Assembly: GCA_951406725.2 (NCBI GenBank)
Contig: OX597838.1
Span: 25,606,001-25,670,000 of the forward strand
Length of the DNA: 64,000 nucleotides
Direction of reading: 5' to 3'
Source of the DNA: Octopus vulgaris
Lineage: Eukaryota
Shown here: piece after piece, positions 1-14,631 of the stretch
Layout: every line of letters begins with the position of its first letter
How positions within the stretch are numbered: position 1 is the stretch's first letter
Notes under the pieces: generated by a model
The model's input: the letters and a program-made list of their open reading frames with translations, nothing else
Database searches by the model: none
Told to the model about the DNA's origin: nothing
Translations under genes and position numbers: made by a program

Positions 1-915
1 AACAATGGATATTTCAGATGATGCAAGAGAAGAATACAGGCACAAATACAACAAACACACAGTGTATGCTGAACAGATGTATACAAATCACACACAAAAT
101 TTATATGAATCAAATGCATAAGAAATATCAAACAGATAAATACATAATCAAAAACCTTGTAATAATAGAACACAGAATGCATCACACTCAATCATAAATT
201 AATGATTTACTTCCAGAACACACAAACCAAACTTTTCTTTATCAATAACACACCACAAGCATGTAAGCCTGAGAACAAGCTACTAATGACCAACATAATC
301 TACAAATTGTAAACCTGGAAGTGGAGAACCTCGGGACTCCAGCTGTTACATTGGACATACTAATATAACACTTTCTCTTAGACCTACCATGCATTTACAA
401 GGAACAAATCACAACCCACTACGTCACAGACAGCAAAACAAAGTTGGATAAAAAAAAAAAAATCAGAGGAGAATACATGCTTATTGTATGAACTTCCTCA
501 CAAAACTAGCACTCTGTCGGTTACAATGACAAGGGTTCCAGTTGATCCGATTAACGGAACAGCTTGCTCATGAAATTAACATGTAAATGGCTGAGCTGAG
601 CACTCCACAAACATATGTGTCCTTAACATAGTTCTCAGGGAGTTTCAGCATGAGAAAGAATGTAACAAAGCTGGCCCTTTTAAATACAGGTACTACTCAT
701 TTTTGTCAGCTGAGTGGACTGGAGCAATGTGAAAAAAAAGTGTCTTGCTGAAAGACACATGTTGCTGGGAATTGAACTCACAGCTTTATGATTGTGAGCC
801 AATTATCCTAACCGTTAAGCCATATGCCTCACAAAAATAGAAGATTAATCACAGATACCATGCTCATATCACAACACAATGCCAAAATAAACACAAGCAA
901 TACACACATCAAAAA
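1..915 (+). mobile_element. Decayed Penelope-like element fragment (RT C-terminus to GIY-YIG endonuclease), split by a SINE at 506-826
   Basis: Translation by eye gives NNGY at 1-12, TNIIYKL at ~289 and CYIGHTNITLSLRPTMHLQG at ~343-400 (GIY-YIG signature). After removing the SINE and one TSD the frame reads ENTCLLYELPHKNRRLITDTMLISQHNAKIN, resembling the PLE endonuclease C-terminus. Stops and frameshifts are present. Confidence 0.65.
506..826 (-). mobile_element. tRNA-derived SINE with TSD
   Basis: Minus strand has A-box-like tggcttaacggttagg (807-822) and B-box-like gagttcaattccc (767-779). It is flanked by cctcacaaaa(c/a)tag at 496-509 and 827-840. Confidence 0.8.
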
Positions 916-1471
916 AAAAAATGTAACAGGTGCCTACTGACAGGAAAACTTAATGGTAAAAAAAAAATTGAAAGAAATCTACATAAATTTGACCACAACA
1001 AAAATTTACATAAATACTGATGTGGAAGCCTAACTGCCTTAATTAACTTTGGCTGAATCTACAAAAACTCAGCCAGTTTGTAAGAAGCAACACAGACACC
1101 AAATGTATTTCAGTTCTTGGAAATGAGACTGTGAAGATCTGGAAATGTTGAATATGAATTTTGCAGCTTCATTATTCCAAACTAATCACAAGAAACTGAG
1201 AGGAAAATATGAAAAATGTCTTATAAAACAATAAAACTGGAACACAGTTATGATTTTAATCAAGCCTAAACACACACATTATATATATATATATATATAC
1301 ACACATACATACATACACACAAATGTATATTATTAAATGTTCATGATTTCATATTTAACATTCATGTTTAAATGCTTGTATATATAATATTTAATTCATC
1401 AATGAAATGCTTATTTCTGTGTATATGCAAGTTTTTGTATGTTGCAAATATGTATGTTTGTGTATGTGCAC

Positions 1472-1536
<65 letters not shown>

Positions 1537-1570
1537 GGCATATATATACATATACACATTTATTTATGTA

Positions 1571-1610
1571 TTTTTTCTATATTTTTTTCTTTCTCCTTTC
1601 TCTTTTGCAG
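1571..1610 (+). promoter_or_regulatory. 3' splice acceptor (polypyrimidine tract + CAG)
   Basis: ttttttctatatttttttctttctcctttctcttttgcag ends at 1610, immediately before an in-frame (phase 0) hydrophobic exon. Confidence 0.85.
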
Positions 1611-1691
1611 AAGAAAATCGCTATCCTGGTTTGTCTGATCATTTTGGTTTTAGTTATCATTTCGACAGTGGGCGGAGTTTTTGGTGGTTGA
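1611..1691 (+). CDS. stx1: Terminal coding exon of a syntaxin-1-like t-SNARE (C-terminal transmembrane anchor)
   Basis: Encodes KKIAILVCLIILVLVIISTVGGVFGG* after a strong acceptor: a basic juxtamembrane KK plus a ~21-aa TM with Cys. It closely matches the squid syntaxin-1 tail as I recall it (RRKKIAILVCL...STVGGVFGG). Upstream exons lie outside the window. Confidence 0.82.
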   Translation, partial: KKIAILVCLIILVLVIISTVGGVFGG

Positions 1692-1844
1692 GGGTTGAAG
1701 GGGTCAGCATTATGTTTTCACCTGAACCTATCAAACCTTCTCCAACCCACTGTCACTTCACTTTTTACTCTCCTTCTTTCTCTCTCTTTCTCACATACAT
1801 TCACACACACATGCATACCTACATACACTGAACACATACGCACA

Positions 1845-1845
1845 C

Positions 1846-1887
<42 letters not shown>

Positions 1888-1899
1888 TACGTGTGTACG

Positions 1900-1931
<32 letters not shown>

Positions 1932-2112
1932 ACATATATATATACATATATATATTATATATACATATATATATTATATATACATATATATATTATATAT
2001 ACATATATATTATATATACGTATATATTATATATACATATATATTATATATACGTATATGTTATATACATATATATATTATATATACATATATGTTATAT
2101 ACATATATATAT

Positions 2113-2162
<50 letters not shown>

Positions 2163-2220
2163 GCATATATTATATATATATATGTATGCATATACATATA
2201 TATGTGTGTGTGTGTACACA
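1845..2220. repeat. (AT)n microsatellite with embedded ~22-24 bp degenerate minisatellite (tatattatatatacatata)
   Basis: Directly visible. It is representative of dozens of (AT)n/(AC)n/(ATAC)n tracts across the window. Confidence 0.95.
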
Positions 2221-2889
2221 AATATGAACTTACACATGCTCACATTCACATAAAACCACACACAAACTTTTCCAACAACCACTAATATTACTACAACCAC
2301 CACTACAACACCAATGGACAACTCTTACTATAATGTTTTTGTTTTTTTTTTGTGTGTGTATCTATTGTTACTCCTATCAGCTTGTTGATTTGGCTTAAAA
2401 AAGAAAAAGAAATGAAAAAGAAAAAAAGTTATAAAAAAAAAAGAGAAAAGAAAGAATAAAACTTACAACAACAACTACTACAACAACAGTAATTGCTACA
2501 ACAACAACAACAACAACAACACTGCTTGTCCAATGAAAAAAACAAAGATGAACCAATGAAAATAATGAAATAACGATTCCTTTATAAATATATAATATAT
2601 ATATTAAGTGTGGGTGTGTGTATGTGAGTATTGTATGCATGTATGTATGTATATATTTATGTATGTGAGTGTATTGTATGCATGCATGTATGTATGTATA
2701 TGTGCGTGTTGTGTGTATGTGTGTGTGTTGTATGTGTATATGTGTGTTGTATGTGTATGTGTGTAATTGTTTTTCAAAATTTATGCCATTATTATTATCA
2801 TCATCATCATTATTATTATGACTGTTATTAATTATTATTATTATCTTAAGCACTTTTTGTTGCTCTCTCCCTCTTGCTTCATATATGTA

Positions 2890-2942
<53 letters not shown>

Positions 2943-4059
2943 ATGTATATATATATATATATACACACACACATACACATATACGGTCGCCTTTTCATCA
3001 ACCAACAAGCCAACATGCATCCACAGACTTTGCTACTAAATGGATGCTCTCCATGTCCCCTTCTCTTCTCTCTCTTCCTTCTCTTCTATCTTCTGGCCTT
3101 CTCCCCACCCAGTTACTTCACCTAAGAAGGAACAATAACTACAAGAACAAATTGCACCTCAATGATACATTGATTTACTCTCATTTACATACATACATGC
3201 TCATACATATTCCCACACCCACATACTCACACATACACATTCCTACACGTACACTTACATGCATTCCAACATGTATACTTATACATAATCCAATGTGTAC
3301 AGATATACATTCCAATGTGTATATATTCTTTCACACACATGTACATACACGCATTCACAATTGCAAACACTAACATGTACCTACCATCATTCTTTTTCCA
3401 CATGTGGGACACTGCATTAATCAACTTCTTGAACTCTGTAGCAGCAACTTATGTAATTAATCACGTTTTGATTAATTTGCCACCACCTCCACCTCCCCCA
3501 CTCAAAGTGAGATGTCTACAATACCACCACCACCAACAACAACAACAGTCATACCTAACTTCTCTTTTGTTGTCTTCATTTAATGTCTTGGCATTCCACC
3601 CCCTCCCCCCATAACACCACCCACCCACCCTGCTAACACTCTCTTTGACATTGCCCCACCCCATTGCCATTATGACTGCCAGCACCCCTAACAACAGCAA
3701 TAACAACAACAGCAACATTGACACCACTTTCACCACCAATAACAATTAACACTAGCAGTACTCTCAAGACATCCCCTATTATTAACTTCACCATCAACCA
3801 CTAATATGGCTTTACATTCATCGCACACACATTAATGTTTGTGTTATGTCAAGTTATATACAAGACCATTTTAACATATAGCTTTGAGATCAATAAATAT
3901 TCTTTTTAGTAAAGTGCATACTTAAATTTTTACAAAGAAAATATTGACAGTGACGTCAAAGTTTCAGCTTACTACCTTTCATAAGTCTATTGATAGCTAA
4001 TAAATCAAAGCATGGAAATTACTGTTAACCTTTGCTTTGCAAAAATTTATATATAACAA

Positions 4060-4400
4060 AATAAGATAACATATATAGTATTTTATGCTTTATAAAACAT
4101 ATATGTTTTGTCAGGATCACACAACTGCTTGTGAAAGCATTATATAATCTTATTAATTCACCTCCTCAGTGTTTAGCAAAACATATCACAACAAGGCAAC
4201 CAATTGTTTTATGTGGTTCAGATCTCCACAATTGTTTAAGCGAAGATCAGTACCAACATTTCCATGTGATTTGCTTGAACAATTGTGGAAATCTCTTCAA
4301 CATGAAACAACTGGTTGCATTGTTAATCAACAAATATAGAATATTCAACCATCAATGCACTATTGAATACTCATTCTTGTTGTTTAATACTAGCTAACAT
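4060..4400 (+). mobile_element. Decayed Penelope-like GIY-YIG C-terminal fragment
   Basis: ORF 4131-4397 ends ...NLFNMKQLVALLINKYRIFNHQCTIEYSFLLFNTS, resembling PLE termini (L.vLEAL.I.k..p.lc.Q.e..ysL.LF). A hammerhead-like motif follows, as expected of a pLTR. Confidence 0.5.
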
Positions 4401-4453
4401 ACATACATACATACATACACACACAAATGGATTCTTGTATAGTTCACCTTCTG

Positions 4454-4490
4454 CTCACTGATGAGCTAAACAAAACTGGCTTGTTTTGAG
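4454..4490 (+). ncRNA. Decayed minimal type-I hammerhead ribozyme motif
   Basis: ctca-CTGATGA-g-ctaaa-c-AAAAC-tggctt-GTT-t-tgag. The CUGAUGA box is intact, stem I is ctca/tgag, and the GAAA box reads AAAA (consistent with a CpG transition). It lies just 3' of a PLE-like ORF. Confidence 0.45.
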
Positions 4491-5093
4491 GTTGGATACA
4501 AAAACTTAAGTTATGAGTACGAGAACCTAGTTGTCACATGCACTTTTACTCACACAAATATACACACACTTGCAAGCTCACATACATATAGTCACTTCTG
4601 TCAACTATACAACTACAATGCTCCTTCTATCAAATAAACCACTGCAACTACCACCTCTATTAACAATACAACTACATATACTCCTACTGACTATATAACT
4701 AAACAACTACAAACCCTTAACTATGTGCTCACTCTGCAAGAAATAACACCCAGTTTCACTCAAATCACACCAAATGGTCCTTCAAAACAGAAACTACATA
4801 GTCCTAAAAGGCTGGTCATGGCAGAAATACTTTTGATCCTGAGTCTGCTCAATCAGAATTAACTTGGGACTAAACAGCAATCCTACAACAGCTACACCAT
4901 CTGTCAACTACAGAACTCCCCCCACCCATACCATTAATAATCAACTATCTACCCCCATTTCTCACTGAGTGGCATGCAACTCCACCCCCACGCCACCTTG
5001 TCAACTATACCTTCAAAATTGTCGGCTATATATATGCCACCTCTTCCTCAGCTTTCTATACACACACACACACATACATACATATATACAGAC

Positions 5094-5134
<41 letters not shown>

Positions 5135-5310
5135 AATATATACACAGACACACACCTAAATACAAGACAAATGGTTTAGTCAACAATTTCATTATCATGA
5201 AATAAGATAACAATAATAATTATAACAACAATAATGATAATTACCTTCATTAAAGTGTGTTTTTGGGGGTGATGGCAACAAATTATTTTTATGAAGGAAA
5301 AGGAAATCAA

Positions 5311-5342
<32 letters not shown>

Positions 5343-5608
5343 TTTAAATATATGAAGACAGTTGAAGAAATGGAAAAACTGAAATATATGTCACTTCATT
5401 GTTATGTGTATGAATGTGTGAACACACACTTGCACACATACAAATATACATATATACACACACATATGTAAAAATACATAAATATATATATATATATATA
5501 TATAGACATATTAACATATGTATACACATACATATAAACGTCTGTATATATGTATATATATATATCCAAAATATATATGTGTGTGTGTGTGTATGTATAT
5601 GCATGGGC

Positions 5609-5654
<46 letters not shown>

Positions 5655-6339
5655 GTGTATATGTGTGTGTTTGTGTAAACATGACCATATGATGTATGTA
5701 TTTATGGAGTATATATGTATGTACGTATATGTGGCTACATATTCATGTGCAGTTAATAATATTTTACACACCGTTTTCCATGTCATCTTTACTCTTTCGA
5801 ACATTACAAAAAAAAAAAGATTGCAAAAAAAAAAGAGAAAAAATATTTTCAAAATTTCAAAGTCAAATAATTATATAAAAACAAGAATCAATGCATTTGG
5901 ACACCAAATTATAATGATTACAATTATCATCATTATTATTATTATTATTATTATCATTATTATTATTACTATTATTATTATTGTTTAATATTATTATTAT
6001 CATTATTATGATTATTATTACATTTCCATAATTTTTTTTAAATTGTATTTTTTATTGTTTTTTTTTTTTAATTAATTTTACTGTTTGTTTATTCTAAGAT
6101 ATTTTTTCCTCTCTCTCATCTGTTCTGTTATATAATAATAATAATTATTCAATAAATAAATAGTAGTACTATTAGAAATGTTTCCACAACTGTCATCTTT
6201 TGTTTTATATTTTTTAATTGTTTTTTTTTCTCTTTGTTTGTTTGGTTTTTTTTTCTTAATGAAAAAAAATTTTAGAGTGGGATTGGATGAGCAAAACTGA
6301 ACATAGATGCAAGTGTATGTATATATGTATACACACGTG

Positions 6340-6391
<52 letters not shown>

Positions 6392-6495
6392 CACATTCAT
6401 ACATACATAGAGAACAAAATCAGCAGCTATGTAAACATACATACACAAATATATACTTTTATACACACATAACAAAATAAGCAGATATAACATTG

Positions 6496-6544
<49 letters not shown>

Positions 6545-8344
6545 CACATTTATGCACACAAACATAAGTAAATTAGCAGCTATATAATTGCCATACACAA
6601 GATATTGACACTAATTAATACCTCTAAGGAATCTGTCAGTTAAGATTGGCAATATATATATGTATGTATGCATGTACATATAACGAAATATAAACATGCA
6701 AATATAGAACAAATATCAAAAACTGCACTTATATACATACATTCATAAATATTCAAATATCAGTTAGTTATCTCTCTCTGCTGATTACAAGTTCACATTA
6801 CAAGCCAATATTAGTGATTATTATTTAGCATATTTTGAAACTAAAATAGTGATAATTTGTACACACATACACCAACAATCATTCACGATGCATCAATGTT
6901 CACTTTAACATAGATATACATAAACACACTTAAATCTTGAGTTTTGTCAAATCTAAAGTTTAAGCTATGCAAGATCTCAACCATTACACAGCTTCAATAA
7001 CTGAAATATGGAATTGAAGGTAGTGGGGTGGGAAAAAGCCTTTCCATATTCCAAAATTGGATACGCATGTAAATACACCCAGACATTGTACAAATATACA
7101 CAGGTAAATCAAGAGCTCTGCTAAGTTCAGTTTGTTATCAGAACTGTAAAGATATGTGAAACTTTCCAAAATTTCAGCCTGTCAATGATTTTGCAATTGC
7201 TTTGTTGCAGTCTTAAATATCAGTGAAGGGATCTACATTTCTTTAAATTTAAAAACAAAAAAGGTTCTTGGGCAACTCCTAAAGAGCATATACACAAAAT
7301 TTTATATATATATGTATGTAGCAATCAGACAAATGAATGAAAGTGCTCATGTTACATAACTTTATTCAAGGTTATGATAATTTTAAATGGTTAGAGGAAC
7401 AATTTCACAGTTATACATTGGTTTATATGCATAATTAGCTAATCAATTTATGAAATGGTTTGCCCTCAACCATTCTCATCTCATCAGATCGTAAAGTTAT
7501 ATACATATATATATATATTCATACATATATATATGGATATATTCATACATATATATATGGATATATATAGATACATACATATATATATATATGGATGTAT
7601 ACAGATACATACACACATACATATATATGTATATGTATATATATATATGGAGGTCTACATACACACACATATCAAAATGACATGTCCCTAATGGAGCATT
7701 CAGATTAATGTTTAGAAGTGACTGTAGGACCCGAACAGCAGACTTGATGCAGCAGAATCCAGATGCTGGGGGATAGAGAATCTCTAGAATGTACCAAGTA
7801 CATACACCTAACAGCCACTTTCTAATTTGAATATTTGTTGATATTGTGAACAATTTTGATTACTATAGGCACTCCATTCACACATACACACACACACATG
7901 GCTACTGAGAAAAACACTCATACAAACTTGCAAAAATTTGTTTTTTTCCCTTATTTCCAATTTATTTACTTCAACTCTTAATTCTCAATTGTTTGGTTAT
8001 AAAAAAAAATAAAAGCAAAATGAAATTAAAAAAACTGAAATTATAATAATTTTTGACTGGGCCTAAATTTTAGTAAATAAACTTTTTTTTGCCTGTTACC
8101 ATTATTATTATTATTATTACTATTATTTTCATTATTATTATTATTATCATTATTATTATTGTTGTTGTTGGGAGTAAGTTCTGACAAATGTGGACAAGGG
8201 ATTTTGACAAAGAACATGCAGGATTAAGGAATGTATGAACAAATGATGTATTGCAGACATGATCAATTTTGGGGGAAGAAAAATGGATCTTAAAATGACG
8301 ATGATGATGATCATGCTAAAGATTATTATTATTATTATTGCTAA

Positions 8345-8973
8345 GGTGGCAAGCTGGCAGAATAATTAGCATGCCAGACAAAATGCTTAGTGGCCTTTCT
8401 TCCCATCTTTACATTCTGAGTTCAAATTCTGCCTAGGTTGACTTCGTTTTTCATCCTTTCAGGGTCAGTAAAGTACCAGTTGAGCACTGGGATCAATGTA
8501 ATCAACTTACTTCCTCCTCCAAAATTACTGGCCTTGTGCCAAAATATGAAACCATTATTATTATTATTGATAGTTCTTGTTGTTGCACAGAATTATTAGA
8601 GCGCCAAGTAAAATATGCGATGCTTACAGCCTGAGTTCAAATACCACTAAAGTTTATTTAGCATTTCATCCTTCTAGGGTGAATAAAATACAACTGACAT
8701 AACTGACTATCTGCCAGCCACCATGTGTTTAGCCTTATTATTGTTGTTGTTATTAAGGCAGTGAGCTGGCAGAATTAATCGCACACAGGATAAAATCTTT
8801 AGGGGCACTTCTACTGGCCCTTTATGAACCTTAGTTCAGATGCTGTTGTGTCCAACTTTAGGTTTCACCCTCCCAGGATTGATAAAATAAGTACCTATCA
8901 AATACTGGGGTTGATGTAATTGACTAGCCCCCTCTTCCTAAAATTTCAGGCCTTATGCCTATAATAGAAAGAA
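8345..8973 (+). mobile_element. Head-to-tail array of 3 tRNA-derived SINEs (dominant family)
   Basis: Units start ggyrgygagctggcagaa and carry B box gagttcaaattc and core gactttgcctttcatcctttc..ggtcgataaaataagtaccag (Meta-SINE-like central domain, from recall). They end in (ATT)n. Starts at ~8345, 8580, 8757. Confidence 0.9.
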
Positions 8974-9024
8974 TTATTATTATTATTGTTATTATTATCA
9001 TCATTATTATTATTATTATTACTA

Positions 9025-9061
<37 letters not shown>

Positions 9062-9717
9062 CATTATGTTATTACTATTATGTTAATATTATTATTATTA
9101 ATATTGTTGTTATTGCCAACATCATAACTCTCATCATCATCATCATTATAAATTCATTTTGATGTTTATTATTATTATTATTATTATTATCATTAAAAAA
9201 CGTTTTTGTTAATATCTATATGCACATGTATTTATGTATGTCTGAAATTACATGAATGTATGTATGTATGTATATATGTGCATGTGTGTTTATATGTTTG
9301 TGTATATGTATTTCACCATAGAATCCAGTTCTGTGGCGTGATTTCACTATTAAGTTGAATTTTAATTCAGAAACAAAGTTAGATTGTGGATCAAATACTA
9401 GATTAAATACGGGGGGGGGGGGTGTTATACATCAGTTCAGAATGTGAGTCTTGAAGTCCAAGACCAAACCTGGTACCATTTCACCTGAGACACACTATTG
9501 GTACATGATGCCAGTTCACATAAAATTAACTGTATTAAAGTGTTCGCATTTAAATTCAGATGTCTCAAACCAACTCTTGAATAGCAAAAGGATATTATAG
9601 TTCTGTGAGTCAAAGTTCCATGGTAGAATCATATAAGAATCTATTGGTAAATTATATGCCAAATACCATTTAATAATATATCACTATACATAAATTCATG
9701 TATATACATACATTTGC

Positions 9718-9760
<43 letters not shown>

Positions 9761-10290
9761 TATATGTATATATTACATATATATACATATGTATATATAT
9801 GTACATATATATTTTCATATATATATAATTATAAATGTATATATTCATTTACCTGTATGTATGTATAGAGATTACATTTGTTGTAAAGTTTCAGTTGACA
9901 GGGATTTCAAGTTTCTCCTAGCAGTTTATTCAACCACTATTAGTTTAATTAGCTGTTAGACAAAACTAACAGCTTATTCTAATTAAGCCTTAGCTAACTT
10001 GTACTTTACAATGAATTTGACCCTACTCTCAGTATTTAGTTACCCCATCAGTAAATGTTTTGTAGTTTATTCTTAAACTAGCTTTAAAACAGTATCTTCA
10101 ATCTCTAAATTCAACGTTTAAGATTACATTTATTTTACTAAAACCTCCTTCAAATTATTGGCTGATTCAATTCAACAATTAATAGCAATACTTGGTTAGA
10201 CTATTAGTATTAGAAGTAAGACCCCTAAAATGGATAAGAGAGACTTTATGCCTTATGTCAACTGAGGTCAGGCAAGAGTTGGCCCTTAGG

Positions 10291-10511
10291 TTAACCTTTT
10301 TGATACCAACTCACCTGAGACCACCCTTGGTTCTATGATACTTCCTGTTTTAAAATGATCTAACTTAAAAACTACCAAAATTCTGCGTTGATTTGCGTTC
10401 CAAATACCAGCTTAATTATGATAGTTACTTTACTAAATTCTTCATTTATTTTCAAAATTAGTTGAAATAATGACAGTGTTTTCAACAGAAATATGGTTAC
10501 AAAAGAGTTAA
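10291..10511. mobile_element. piggyBac-type MITE
   Basis: TTAA at 10291-10294 and 10508-10511 with imperfect TIRs cctttttgatacca / tggttacaaaagag. Related inverted copies occur at ~39215-39715 and ~61050-61510. Confidence 0.65.
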
Positions 10512-12569
10512 ACTAATATTTTATTTGACAGAACCAATAGAAAAGTAAGGTAAAATAATGTCAGACAATGGATATGATACTGTTTCAGATCTATAAATCA
10601 AACAGATGAAACTTTAAGGTCAAAAATGTCAGGTTTTAGTTTTAGGATGAAACATGTCAAACACGTCAGACATCTTCACACCAATCTTTTGGCTCTCTGT
10701 TTGATATGACTGTACATCATATCAGAGATGACTTCAAAGACATTGAGCTTTAAGGTCAAAATAGTCAGAGCTTAGTTTTAGACCAAACCTTTCAATCATC
10801 AATCACATCAGTGTTTCTATGACTCTGTTTTAATATTGGGTTGGAGCTGAACTTGAAAATGTCAGTCACTTGGGTAAAATTATCAAAGTTTAGTCAGATG
10901 TTTGTCAAACATTACATCAGACAGTATGTCAGATTTAATATTTCAAGCTACATCTAAAGAAAAAAGATTAATGAAGTCGTTAATTTGGTCAAAGATTTAG
11001 TTAAATTTTCAATTAAATAGGTCAATGATAAAATATCTTTGTGAAAATATGGAAGATGATTAAAATGTAAACTTCTGGCAGAATTGAGTGATCATAATAG
11101 AAAAGAATGAAGAATATAGCATAAAAGTTTCGAAAGAGCATAGTAGCTGTAATTTGAAATATTAATAGAAAATTCATAAATAAGTTATTGTTGTTAGGAA
11201 TAGGGTATTGGAAAGGTTATAAGTGAGGTCTTAAATCTTAAGTCACAACTAAGGGCAACCATGGAATGGCTCCGAAGTCAGAACTTTTAAATACAGAAAA
11301 ATGGAAGAATGTAAGCATAAAATTTTTGGGAGACCATAATGAAAATTTTAGATATTTGAAATATACAAGAAGGATTGTGGATAGATGTAAAATGTAGGAA
11401 AGACAAGAGTGGCAATAATTAAAAATTGTTATCAAGTAAGAGGAATAAAACAAAATATATAGAAGACTGAACTGGAACTAAAATTAATGTAAAATATATA
11501 GATATTTAGTAACAAGAATATTCAAAATTATTCAAAAACACCCATTCATTATTTATCACTGAGTGACATATATGAGTGTGTGTGTTTTGGTTGAATCAGT
11601 CTCTCACTATTCTGAACTTCATCTGTGAGTGCACAGGGTTTTCAGTCAAGTTTTGACTCTGAAAAACCTCAACACGTACAGGTGAAACTCAAGGAGACAC
11701 CAATTCAGCCAAAATAAAATATTAATCTCTACAATGGTACTGAATACACTTTTTCTGACAGTCAACACTAAATATATATATATATATATATATAGTGAGA
11801 GAGAGAGAGAGGTAGATAACTATAAAAAATGGTTGAGAATTCCCAATACATTTGAAAATATTAGACAAAAAGGTTTAGTTGACAAGTAATTAGCATAAAG
11901 GCAGACTTGCATGGGTGCAAGTGAGAAAGAAGGTGCTTTCTGGGGTAAGTCTATGAAATGTGGTTCAAAGTTTTGTTAAATATTACTGCACGTGAGCAAC
12001 AAAGCTAGTTGGAAATTAGCAAAAGATTTAGTGTACCTGAAAAAAGAAGCTAAATGTCTAGCAAGGCAACTGTATGTGGTTTTTTTTTCTGCTTTTCATT
12101 GCTTCATCTTTTTTGCTGCCAATTACAAACATGTTTTGGTTGAAATAATGGAATGATATTCGTACACTTCGATGGTGTCATGCACCACATATCTTGACCC
12201 AATAACAACAAAATAAATAATATATAAAAAGAAAGAAAGAAAACTGATTCCATCAATGATGGTCTTGGAGAAAAAATGAACAAAATGTAGCTCTGTATGT
12301 GTGAGTGAGAATATATATATATATATATAGGCATGCATGCATATGATGGCCAGGATCATCTCTATGGCAGAAACTGACCAAAATAAGTGTGGTGACTCTG
12401 GCTTGGCTGAAGCCAGACTGTTGAGTAAAAGAACCTTGCCACAGTATTTCTCAATGTCTATTAGAAAATTTGGACTCAGCAGAACTAGATAAGAAAACAC
12501 ATTTTAGTTAAGGTGTGCTCCCATAACTTGAAGCATTGGGGCATTAAGAAGCCTCACAATACTCATTTC

Positions 12570-12750
12570 ATCTGCTAGAAGTAATAGCTGCAAAATCTCC
12601 TTTAAATCACACTCTACTATCTTGGAAAAGGAAAAGACACACCAAATACCTATATATCTCTGAAAAGACATGAAGGTCATGGTTGGAGTTCCTTAAATTA
12701 AAGGGTCTGCTCAATCAGGATTAACCTGCCGCTAAACAACAACAACAACA
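12570..12750 (+). repeat. Dispersed ~180-200 bp repeat (tgctagaaatagcagccaaatctccc ... gatcagggttgacctggggctaaacaacaac)
   Basis: The same family occurs at ~4735-4880, 16968-17140, 17232-17430, 17500-17645, 35988-36180, 38570-38750 and 40360-40450. All are in the same orientation, and the full-length copies end in a short CAA tail. Confidence 0.75.
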
Positions 12751-13490
12751 AAAGCAATCAGCTGTTCCAATCATGTGTATCTATTTAACAGCTTGTTAGA
12801 CTCTGCCACCTTATAGAAACGATAGAAGAACAGTGATTGGTAATTAGAAGAGGCAGAGATGTCTTTTTTCTTTTAATATGTAAAAGAGTGTTCAGAAAGT
12901 GTGAGAGCCATGAACAAAGTTAATATTCTACATGTTGGTCCATCTAACCATCTTGACAGTTTGTTAGATCTATGAAGGGTATCAAACAACCTTGGCAAGA
13001 TTTTGTCAGGTGTATTTAAAGCTGCAAGATTCCATATAAAGAAGTAGGCCAAAGGGATGACAACATGAAGTTTGGAAGATTATCTCAAAGTATAGAATAA
13101 TAATATTTGGAAGACTATAGTGAGAATGATATACAATACTGTGTATCACATGATATTGCCTCATAGTTGGGACTTACTATAAAATATATTGAAGGATATA
13201 ATAGCAATAGTATATGCTAGGAAAACATTTAGTTAAATTTTTGGAAGAATAAAAAAATAAGAGTAATTAATTAATACAGAATTTTAAAAATTATAATATA
13301 TATATCTATCAAAAAAAATTATACCTGTGTGTGCTGAGGTAGTGTTATTGCCAGCAAAGGATATATATGTCATATATTCTTTGGGTTCACCTAAGAAATA
13401 CATGGCACACAATGTCATCCTCTATTAGAATTTGAGCCATAGCTTGATTATGAAACTTAAATGGCAAATTGTCTTAAGTATTATATAAAA

Positions 13491-13535
<45 letters not shown>

Positions 13536-14594
13536 TTCATATATATATATAATTGAAATTAAATAAGTAAAATATATATATATTCATTAGTGGAATTAGA
13601 AAAGTAAGTACAGATATAAAGGTTTTAAGATATGTATCTGAAGGTTTAAGTCAGGCATATATACAGACGTATATAGATGTGTGAGTGTGTGTATGAATAT
13701 ATACACAGAAATTAAGCTATCATAAAAGTATTTGTAGTAGTAGTAGTAATGATAATAATAATAATAATAGTAACAACAACAATAATAAATATCTAAGGTT
13801 TAAATTCTACCAGGAATAAGAACAAACTTGAGTCAAATCAATAACAATAACAACAATAATAATAATGATAATAATGATGATGATAATAATCATAATAATA
13901 AAGATAATAATAATAAATAATAATAATAAATTTTCTGTTGTCCACAAGAGCCCAGAATGTTGGATGCACTGCAATGTGGGATTTACATTGGGTAAAAGAA
14001 TGAGATTTGCCATAACACTTGATGATAATAATGAAAATACTAATAGATAATAGTGATGATAATACATAGCTAAGACATAATAATGGGGAGTCATTGTGGA
14101 AATGCCCATCCCATCCTTTTCAAGGTCATTTGATCGTTGCCAGAAATGGCAAACACAAGGACTAACCAGAGATTGAACTCAGGTCACAGAGCTTTGTAAG
14201 CTTTTTCCATGATCCACATACAACAGCAGGTTATTGTTATAATGTTTTTAAAGAACAATTCAACATTATAACACTTGTTAGATCACAACATTAATTAGGA
14301 TGTTTGTTATGATGTCAAAGGACAAATCAATAATCTGACATTCATCAGATTATAACAGTAAATAGGATGGTAATGATGATTGTTATGACACAGGATTTTA
14401 CAAATAATAGTGCTTATGAGGCTATGTCATCCAATACAATTTTGTTAACCATATAGCACTGCATACTGCTGAGATAATGATGATTGCATATTTATCAGAA
14501 TTATGATGTTAGTTTATGATACTACTAACGACAACAACAACAATTTAATAATATAGACACCAATGTGTACAAGATTTCACTAAAATTTCATAGA

Positions 14595-14628
<34 letters not shown>

Positions 14629-14631
14629 TCT

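Noticed and set aside
1407-1610. N-terminal part of the 94-aa ORF 1407-1691
   Set aside because: Intronic microsatellite and polypyrimidine tract that happens to be in frame. Only 1611-1691 is treated as coding.
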